Assembly (NCBI GenBank): GCA_032718475.1
Contig: JAUCBJ010008230.1
Coordinates: forward strand, 1 to 64,000
Reading direction: 5' to 3'
Source of the DNA: Nemertoderma westbladi
Lineage: Eukaryota; Animalia; Xenacoelomorpha
DNA: 64,000 bases
The translations under genes were made by a program, and so were the position numbers. This document shows, in pieces, positions 1 through 9,198 of this stretch. The number at the start of each line of letters is the position of its first letter. The stretch's first letter is position 1. The notes below the pieces were generated by a model that was not told where the DNA came from, ran no database searches, and saw only the letters and a list, made by a program, of their open reading frames with translations.

Positions 1-2
1 GA

Positions 3-3000
3 TATGTCTGGTGTAGAAAGGCTCGCAAGTCTTCCTCTCTTGACCTTTGAAGTTATATCCTTCCATTTCGCCTTCGGTTTTTTCTTGAGTTTTGCCGCCG
101 TTGTCTTTTTCTTTGTCTTCCCCTTTTTTGGTTTCTTGATTTCGGCGTCCTTAGGAATGGTGTTGGACTTGTTGTCGTATAACGGAGGCCAATCTTGTGT
201 CGATTTCTGCAAGAACTGGGGTCCGTGTTGCCAAAACTCTTTGTTCTCCGGTTTACAGAATTCCTCAGGCATCATTCCTCGCGACGCAATATCAGCTGGG
301 TTTTGTGGTCCTGGACAATGTCGCCAATCCTCTTTTATCGAACGGTCTAGAATCTCTGCGCGACGGTTAGCTACGAATGTCTTGAATTCGAGTGTGTCGT
401 TGTTTATGTAAAATAAAACCAACGTCGCGTCAGTCCAATAAAATATCTGTAAACTCGACTGTAGTTCTGTCTGTATGAGGTTCACGATGGTGGTTGACAG
501 GGTCGCGGCTTGTAGCTCGGCTCGTGGTGTCGTCATATACTTAGTAGGCATGGTCTTAGCCTTAGAAGTAATGAGCGAAACATCGAACTCGTCCGATTCT
601 ACTTGTCTGCGCAAATACGCTGCCACACCAAAACCGTTGTCACTGGCGTCAGAAAAACAGTGTAGTTCTAAGTTGTCAGGAAATGTACTTTGTAATGGAA
701 AGTAAACCCTGGGTATGAAATAATCCTCTAGCGAAGATAATTCCGCCTCCCAGGTCTTCCATAAGTCCACTTGGTCTGATGAGATCGGCTCGTCCCACGT
801 TAGTCCATCCTTCCATATACTGCGCATATAAATGCGGGCTTGCAGTATCACTGGACTGATGAATCCTAACGGATCGAACAATCGGCTCAACTTTGACAAG
901 CATGATCTCTTTGTCAGTGTGTTCCCTTGACTGTCCAGTCTCACCTTCACTCGAAAGTTGTCTGTGTTTGGGTCCCAAAAGAGCCCCAACACCTTAGTCG
1001 TCGGTAGTGGTTCGAACTCTAGGTCTATGTCACCACCTCCACGCTCAGTAGTTCCGAATGAGTCAACTAATTCGGCACTGTTTGAGGCGAATTTGGTGAG
1101 GTTAAAACCTCCGCCCGCCAAGCAGTCCCGTAATTGATGTGCTACTGTTGTAGCACGTTCTACTGTGTCGCAACTCTGTAAACCGTCGTCGACGTAAAAG
1201 TCACGTTCTACAATTCTAATTATCTCTGGGTCATATAGATGTTTCTGATCTCTAGCGGCTTGCTTCAAGGCGTACATCGTACAATTTGGGCTGTCTCTGG
1301 CACCGAAAACGCGAACTTGCATTTGGTAAGTCGCTGGTGGTAGACTTAAGTCTCCTTCCGGATACCAGAGGAACCGCAAACTGTCTCTGTCTCGCTCTAA
1401 CGCTTTTACTTGGTGAAACATCGCTTCAACGTCGCAAGTAAAGGCTACTTGACGCTGACGGAAGCGCATAATCACCCCCATAAGATAATTATTCATGTTC
1501 GGTCCATCCATCAACTCACTATTGAGGGACATTCCCTCAAACAGAGCCGCACAGTCATTGACTACGCGTACTTTATCTGGTTTGTCGGGATGTCTCACAT
1601 AGTGATGTGGCAGGTAGTATGTCTGGTCGGTCACTCGCTCCGGGTTAGTCATTCGGATAGCGTATCCTTCAGTCAAATACGTCTCCATCTGAGTGTTGTA
1701 CTGCAGATGGGCTTTCTCGTCCTTTAATAGACGTTGTCGTATTGAGTGTAGACGTCTCAAAGCCAGTGGGTAGTTATTTATAAGTTTAGGACTTTGGCTA
1801 CGCCATAACATACCCACCTCGTAATGTCCGTCCTCCGTCTGTCGGATAGTCTCTTCCATGATCTTCAGAGATTGTTTCTCCTGTTCCGACATACAAGGTT
1901 CGTAGCTACCAGGTTCAGCTGTATCTTGTTCTAACCACCTGATAGTCTTCTCCGTTAATTCTTTGTCCAAGGCGGCTTGTTCCAACTGATGAATTTTCAA
2001 CGCGTCATCGTCGATATCGACGGGCACTGTTGAGGTTATTGGGGTAGGTAGACTCGCAAGCCTATCATCTGTCGTCGATGGAATCTCTAGCTGACTCGTC
2101 TTCCCCCGAAGTCCTAGACTCACCTTGTGGGTTAGCTGCTCCTTGTGACTTATCATACTAGTTACCCGTCTGTCATGTTTTGTCGACTGTAGCGTAGTAT
2201 GGTTCACGTCGTGTGAAAAGGAATGAATTGAATTTGTAGTTAATAAACTACATGTACTCTGTACATCGTCTTCCTCGTCACTTACGTCTAGTGTGCGCAC
2301 AGGCGCTCGAGTATACCACCCTATCGGCGTTCTGCAGGCGTATGCGTTTCCTGCTACAACTGCCGATGGTCTGGTTTCCCACACCTGATGTAGGTTGAAT
2401 TGGTCCGTCCCGATCAGCATTGCTACCGATCTATAATTGACAGGACATTCGGGTACACCAAGGTGTCTGAAATACTTACGGTCCTCCAGAGATTGTTCCG
2501 GCACTGGACCTAGTAGGTTACTAAAGTCCTTCGTGGCCGCAAAGGTTAGATCTCTAAAGGGTAACAAAGACCTCTCCCTCTCGCTGTGTTGCGATTTTGG
2601 AAGAAGAGAGTCTAAGTCCAACTTAACTCGTGTCACTGGTATTGCACGCTGTCCGTGCATACTACTTACTGTATAACTGACACGCTTACCTTGTTTAAGA
2701 TCCGTCACGACGTCAGCTATCTTTTCGTCCATGTAGCTATGAGATGAGGCTGAATCTAGAATCGCGTAGATTCTTTTGCTCCCCTTTGTGCCAGTAACTT
2801 TAATCGGGATTACACTGAATCCCTTCAGTTGATCAGTAGTCAGGAGCGCGATCGACGGTTGTTCGTCTCCATTGGGATATTCATCGTCGTCTTCTGATTC
2901 TTCGTCCGACGATCCGGATTGTTCTGAGAAGCAATCCTCAATATGGGTCACGAAGGTTGGAGTCGTTTTCGATTCTCGTTTTCGGTAAGCCGCATCACAT

Positions 3001-5948
3001 CTCGCTGCTGCTTCCGGGTGTTCCCTGGCGAAGCGTTTCGTCGGCGTGTGGCTGTCTGTGTGGAGCAGACCGTCGTGGTTGCGTCCACAGGATGGACAAG
3101 TGTCAGTATTTGGGCAATCCTTACGGACGTGTCCGTGTCGCGTACACCGCCAACAAGAGTCCAGTGGCCGTATCTGCAGCCGTCGTTCTTCCGAGTTCAA
3201 CTCGCGAAATTGTCGACAACCTCGTAACTTGTGACCAATATACCGCTTACCTAGATGCTCGCAGTATTGACAGCCGTTGAAGTCGGTGCTGAGTTGCTGT
3301 CTCGTCTGTTTCGTCCCAATGGGCGCAGATACTCTATTACCGTCTGAGAATTGTCGTGATTCCGTCGGTGTGGCGTAAGTGGCCGTCTTAGTGGATGTTG
3401 TCTGGGGTTTTTGTCGGTTGGAGGATGGCAGTGTGATTCCTTCTGCCACGATGTGCTGGTCGGTGTAGTTAGATCGAGTTTCTACTACCGCCTCCCTGGA
3501 TATTAAAAGGTACACATCTTCTAATTTTAAGAATCCTCCCCGCTCTTCTCGCTGGTATTCGACCTTTCTCCACTCCCGACGAAGTCGATGGTGGAGTCGT
3601 CCTATGATCTTTAATAGGACTGTAGGGGTATTCCCGTAATCAAGTTGTCCAATTGATCTTAAGGTAGTGATAGCGTTCTTGATCTCGTCAGCTAGTTTTA
3701 GTAAGTCGACGGGTTTAGTGATAGCCCCTCCCTTACAGAGTTCCTCTATTACTGACCTGGCCATGCTCACTGTACCTCCGTATATCGAAGTTAAACGATC
3801 GTACGCTAGTTCGAAAGCGTCCGGTACACCGACGAAAGTCTCTGCCAAACGTTTAGGTTCCCCTGACAACGTTTGAAGCAGGTAATTGAACTTCTCCCGT
3901 GATGTAAAGGCGCACACGGCGATCTGGGATTCGATATAGTCTACGAAGGTATGCCAGTGTTTTGAGCTACCGGAGAACTTCGGTGGTTGTTGTACCGGCA
4001 ATCCCTGTCTGGCTGCGAATTTCGCTATCTCCTCGGCAACGTTCAGAGTTTCGCGTCCTTGGTTGGTAGTCTGGTTGATGTTCTCCCTTCTTGGCGCTTT
4101 TCCCTGATACGATGTGGGGTTTGAAGGTACCGGTCTTTGTGGTCCCTTCGGGTGTCTATTGTGTTCGAATTCGGAATTTCTCGAACTGTCGGTGTAACCT
4201 TCCTCCAGACGTTCCTCAATCCGGGCCAACTTGTTGACAATGTCGGCGAACTGTTGTGCACCGATCGCGCCCGCTGGTGGTAACGCCTTCTGTGTCGGTG
4301 TATTCTGTGGAGGATTGTCTGCAAAGGAGTTGTCTGAACGCTCGCGTTTATATTCATCGGCCGCCCCTGTTCTAAATACCTCGCGCTTCGGGTAATCCGA
4401 TTCGCTCGAAGTACTACTATCATCTGGATATGGTGGTCGACGTGCTCGCGTTCGTTGCGTCGTACGAATTCTCACGTTACGTTTCGGAACATCGTCCACT
4501 GATCTCCGTTGTTCGGTAGGCTCACAAGTCTTCCTCGAAGTCGTAGATTGCGATGTAAATTGGTTGAACGGTCGCGTATCCACTGTTCTCCGTTGTTCGG
4601 TAGGCTCACAAGTCTTCCTCGAAGTCGTAGATTGCGATGTAAACTGAACCGGTCGCGTATCCACTGTTCTCCGTTGTTCGGTAGGCTCACAAGTCTTCCT
4701 CGAAGTCGTAGATTGCGATGTAAACTGAACCGGTGGTCGAGTGACAGCATTTGAATCCAAAGGCCTTGTTGGTCGAAACGTCATTGGGTAAGCGTAGTGT
4801 GTAACGGGTTTAGGTGTCGACGGTGGACTCACCTGTTTAGTTGTCAGTAGTGCAGGTCCAGTCAACAAACTACTACGATCTGTAATCGGTGGGTTACTTA
4901 CCTTGACCCTCGGAATAGGCGACGACGTTGCTCTTGGCGGTGTAAACTCGTCCGGAATAACAAACCTGTGTTCCGTCGCACCATGGATAGGAGAAATGTT
5001 ACTACTACCCGCAATCGAAACAGGTTCCTTAGTCGTAACCGGTGCAAACATATGAGTTACCTGTGGGAATCGTTGACACAAGTCTTTTACTAATTGTCGT
5101 TCCCGTCCGGGTGCTCCTACGCTTCCTTCCTTCTTTCGTTCCTGAATTTGGCGATGTCTTACCTCTATCTGGTCCAAGTCATGTCCGTCTCGAGATCTCA
5201 TCGATCGATCGCGGGCCTTTTGATCCAGATCTTCCTCAGCGTTCGCTAATTCTCTCGCCTTCTTCTCGAGTTCGAAATGAAGTTTAGCTGTCTTCTCTCG
5301 TTGTTCCGTTTGTCGTTGTTGCGCCTCAAACTCTGCTTGTCGTATAGCGGATTGAGCCTTTATTTGCCGTGTTTTCATTTCGGCCCGTGCTTCCGAAACT
5401 AACCTGTCTCGTTCTAATTCCGCCGCTGCCGCTGCCGCTTGTCGCTCTGACTCGGCCGCTGCCGCTGCCGCTGCCGCTTGTCGCTCTGACTCGGCCGCTG
5501 CCGCTGCCGCTTGTCGGGCAATGTCTCGCTCTAACCTTTCTACTTCAGCTGCTTCTAATTCAGCTTGTTCCTGTAGATGAGAAATTCTCGCTATATTCGC
5601 AACGCGTAGCTTCTCTTCCTCTACTGCTGCCTGCATCACTAGAAGTTGAGCTTGTTCCTCCATTTCTCGTCGTTGTCGGCAGAATTCTTGCGGTTGTCGA
5701 GCGACTTCTGACGTGACCATACTTCCTTCGCAGATTTCGCTACGAATACTCACCAGTGATTGATTTAGTGTTCCCGGTGCCAGTTCGATTTGTGCGAGTG
5801 AAGTTTCCCTCGTAGCCTCCGGCACGGTTTCCCAATCCCCGACGTCTTCGCCGCACATGCGCAAGTGATCCGTCAGGTGTTTCAATTGTCCATCCAGTCG
5901 GTACAGTTCCTGTTCTTCCTCGGGCTGTAATAATTCGTCCGAAACTGA
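3..5948 (-). CDS. BEL/Pao gag-pol polyprotein, main part (coiled-coil gag, DUF1759-like region, zinc knuckles, aspartic protease, RT, RNase H); open to window edge, so absent from the ORF track
   Basis: Manual translation in the frame of ORF 5949..6518: GCQYC..H..C / CWRC..GH..C / CPSC..H..LLH (~3050-3275), RIYAILDSASSHSY (~2735-2775), FYVDDG (1182-1199), CLSKLSRLFDP (870-902), ELHCFSDAS (~642-670). Every spot-checked motif lies in the same frame and no stop-terminated ORF is listed in that frame. Confidence 0.9.
4496..4734. repeat. Three tandem 81/84-bp in-frame repeats in left gag (PVQFTSQSTTSRKTCEPTEQRRTVDTR-like)
   Basis: Units start at 4496, 4580 and 4661; near-identical; periods are multiples of 3. 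Confidence 0.95.
5422..5516. repeat. (GCCGCT)n-based compound repeat encoding RQ-A(n)-ESE units in the left gag coiled coil
   Basis: Three units of GCCGCT runs plus TGTCG(CTCTGACTCG). Confidence 0.9.
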
Positions 5949-6518
5949 CTAACCTAACAACTGGTCCGCTTGTTCCTGTTGTATCTGTCTAATCGTCGAC
6001 TTAAACTGAATCAGTTTCTCTCTAGTGATCATTAGTTTCTCGAGGATTCTAAGTTGAGTATCCATGTCCTGTCTCTGTCTAGCTAGATCTTGTAGGCCAA
6101 CTAGATTATCTACGGACTTATATACTTTACTCTGTACTCTAACCTGGAGGGTGTAGAACTCGAATCGAGACATCGGAGCGGTCAACCCGTCTAATATGCG
6201 TTGGCCTTCTCCAATACTTCTGGTAATATGCGCCATGTAACCGCCGACGCTTCTAACCACACTTTCTGTGCTTCCTGCTGAACTTACCATTTCCGTTTCC
6301 CTGTATCTAGGTTGCGGAACAGTTAGAAAGTCCTCGGTCCTGCCGTCGCCTCGTACTACGGCATCCGGTACTCCCGTTGGATGTACTGGTGACGCACACG
6401 GTGTAGGTTCGGTAGGCTCGCGAGTCTTCCCCTGTTGTTCTTCCGCTGCTGACTTATCTCCGTCACACGAGTCATAGTCGGTAGGTGTATTCTTCGTATA
6501 GTCTTGTTTGTCACTCAT
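5949..6518 (-). CDS. N-terminal gag segment of the left element, ended by an in-frame TAG; the frame continues open beyond it
   Basis: MSDKQD...GGYMAHITRS resembles the right element N-terminus MSVSDKE...RAHAGHITRT. Translation past the stop gives SVSDELL, matching QVSDAEL. Confidence 0.8.
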   Translation of the reverse strand: MSDKQDYTKNTPTDYDSCDGDKSAAEEQQGKTREPTEPTPCASPVHPTGVPDAVVRGDGRTEDFLTVPQPRYRETEMVSSAGSTESVVRSVGGYMAHITRSIGEGQRILDGLTAPMSRFEFYTLQVRVQSKVYKSVDNLVGLQDLARQRQDMDTQLRILEKLMITREKLIQFKSTIRQIQQEQADQLLG

Positions 6519-6600
6519 TTCGGTAGTTGTAAGTCAAGTAAAGTGAGTGTCAAAGTATCGAGTTTACCGTATTTATCTAAACGGTACTAATTACAGTCTT

Positions 6601-6724
6601 ATAAAATTAGCCTACCGGCCGATTTTATAGCAGATGGATAAAATTAGCCTAAACGGCCAATTTTACAGCAAATAAATGTCACGGAATAAGTATATAATAA
6701 AATTAGCCTAGCGGCCAATTTTAT
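6601..6724 (-). promoter_or_regulatory. Three repeated 12-bp stem-loops upstream of left gag (candidate packaging/translation signal)
   Basis: Minus strand ATAAAATYGGCC-loop-GGCTAATTTTAT at 6601-6628, 6638-6666 and 6697-6724. Confidence 0.55.
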
Positions 6725-8645
6725 AACAAATAAATCGGATAACGATATGCGTTATCAAAAGGTAAATTAAATACAATAATACGGACTAATTCAGCAATGA
6801 ACAAAGAAATCATACGGAATGCATAAATACTTGAGACAGTGGAACCCACAATAATTTTAACTAATACGGTAATGCCTAACTTATTTATGCAACTTTTCGA
6901 ACTCACCCACTCCAATAATTCTCCAGAAAAACAGATTCCCAGATACAAACCGGACGTGAACCTTTCCGTTTTTAACGTTGCGGACGAAACGCGATTTTCC
7001 CAACCAAAGTTGTTGAGTTATCTATCTCCCAAACTTGCTAAACACGGTCTTGCTCCCGTTACAGTCTAGAAATGAGTTCTGAATCCTGAAAAAACAAAAG
7101 AGTTAGGTTTTACTTTACGAAAAATTTTGTACCGGTACAATATGGTATTTAAACCCTTTTTAAACACCGGTATTCAATTCCAAAATATTTTACACGCGGT
7201 TCAAATCAAATTTTATTTCAAAAAATTAGCACTTAGCTAATCAAATATAAATTTTTACCTCAAAATACAAAATTTTCAAATAACTTTAGTCCTACCGAAC
7301 CGTAGTTCAGTAAAACACATTCCTACTATTGGAAGAGATACGCCTATTCCTACTATGCGAAAAGACGGTAACAATACCTGCAATATCCTACTGTAAAGTT
7401 TGTAAATCAAATCATAAATCCGACCTTCTCACCAAAACAGTAAACTCTAAGTAAGCGAATATATTGCAGTATCGATCTCTTATAACCAGTGAGGCAGAAA
7501 ACAGTCTACGAGCAGACAAACTTCGATAAAACAAAATCCCGCGCAGCGAATCCTAAAATCAGGCTGACTCACTGACGGACTAAGAGGCTCGTATACTTTG
7601 CCGCGGTGTGATTTATATGGTTGGGCAAAGGGACGCTAGCTAGGTACAGAGGCAGATATTTGGAGATGTCTAACTAGCGGGCAAAGCACAGTACGGACAA
7701 AGTTAATTTTATATATTTCGAGGTGTAAATAATTTCTAACGCGCGTGTGTTAATTCTGAACGGTCAAAACAGTTTTGCTCCTTCACATATATAATTACTG
7801 GGTACGGTGTGCATTTACGAATATTCTAATTTTGTAACTTGTAGGTCCAATACTCACGAATGATAAGGTTCCTTCCCCTCTTGCGTATTTCCAGGACTCA
7901 AATTCAGGCATAAGGTTAATACTACGCCCAGAATTCGGCAATTTTAGGTACCAGGTCCCTGATACTAAGAAGAGATGTGTTAGTTTACTACTGTAGGCGT
8001 ACGGGTACTAATAGCTATCCTGGCTCCTATCTAGAATTTTAGTCACCCAGGTAGTCCGGGTAACTTCCTATTAGGGCGTTGGCGGGGACACGGTAGATGT
8101 TAGTATATCCCTGATAGCCTCAATTTATTTGCGCCTAGTGTAAACTGCCCTACCGCCTGAACGGTACAATCCCAATTCAGGTGAAAACACAGCAACCCCC
8201 CTAGCCTACAAGTTCTGATGTAATGGACACTGTCGTACTGCAAATAGTCGCACACGCACCTGTACTTAGCAAGAGTTAAGCGTACAGTTTGCTGCACCCT
8301 AACCAATGTGTATGCCTTGTACCGGTGTGCCTACGTCCTATCTGCGTACTAGTATCTGCTCTCTCTCCCTCCCCCCGTAGGAATGTGAAGGTCTACTGTG
8401 GGTTTTCCTGAATCAAGACAGTACAGTCCCTATGATGTAATTTTAGGCTTACAGCGTGTCACTACGTCTACCTTTTGATCTTTTGGTCTTATACTTAGGT
8501 AGCAAGGATCGAACGCTGTCTAACCTTTCAGGCGATGGGCGAATAACTCTAGATGGTATTGCGGGTTGTCTCTCGTCTACATTCCCGTGATGTTCCCGTT
8601 CATTGCTGCGGCCCGATCTCTAGCCGGCCATCCTGTCCCTGAGTT

Positions 8646-9198
8646 TGTTCACCGTAGTGAATCCATGGTAAAACACGTAGAAAAGGGCTGAGATGTGACT
8701 AGTATTTCTGACTTTATTACAGAAGATACAATTATAATACAATGTAATCTGAGAATAAACTAAGCACGACAGAATATTGATAAGATAATCTGTGAAGTAG
8801 AGTGAATAACTAACGAACAAATCGCACCCCCACATACCAAACCCGCGCCGCAATCAATCGAGAAAATTCTCGATTGTTCCATAGGCTCCAACAAGGCCCC
8901 AAAGACAGCCACCGGTCCAGCCAACACATAACTTGCACGACATTGGCTACAATCAAACAACCACAGCCCCACCGGCACAGATAAATGCAACCAACCCGCA
9001 GCGGCCAACCCAAACGAGCTGAAACCCCGCACAAAAAACAACCCGCACCCACCAGGACTCGAACTCGATACCCACTACACATACAATTTCCAACGCTCCA
9101 CCAACTGAGCCACCGAACCACCTGACCGACAGATGCACAAATGATAGAACCAATACGAATGAGAACTCAAAGCAATCCCCACAAAGCCAATCCGAACA
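8646..9198 (-). repeat. Candidate 5' LTR of the left element
   Basis: Minus strand TGTTC (9198) ... GAACA (8646) terminal inverted repeat, AGCCAAT box (~8942-8948), AATAAA (8714-8719). No second LTR in the window to confirm; alternative start T[A]TAG at 9245. Confidence 0.45.
9033..9119 (-). ncRNA. tRNA-derived Pol III-like cassette (not a functional tRNA)
   Basis: A box TGGCTCAGTTGG (9101-9112) within a D-arm GCTC/GAGC, B box GTTCGAGTCC (9055-9064), T6 terminator (9033-9038). Acceptor and anticodon stems do not pair. Confidence 0.6.

Noticed and set aside
4-5716. Short plus-strand and off-frame ORFs over the left element
   Set aside because: Shadows of the minus-strand gag-pol frame and its repeats.
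7612-7619. TATAAA on the minus strand as the left LTR promoter
   Set aside because: Neighbouring motifs align it with the right element's internal leader (~51050-51220) rather than its LTR TATA. It could be a secondary promoter, but this is unsupported.
9043-9119. Functional tRNA gene
   Set aside because: Acceptor, anticodon and T stems do not pair properly; kept only as a tRNA-derived cassette.
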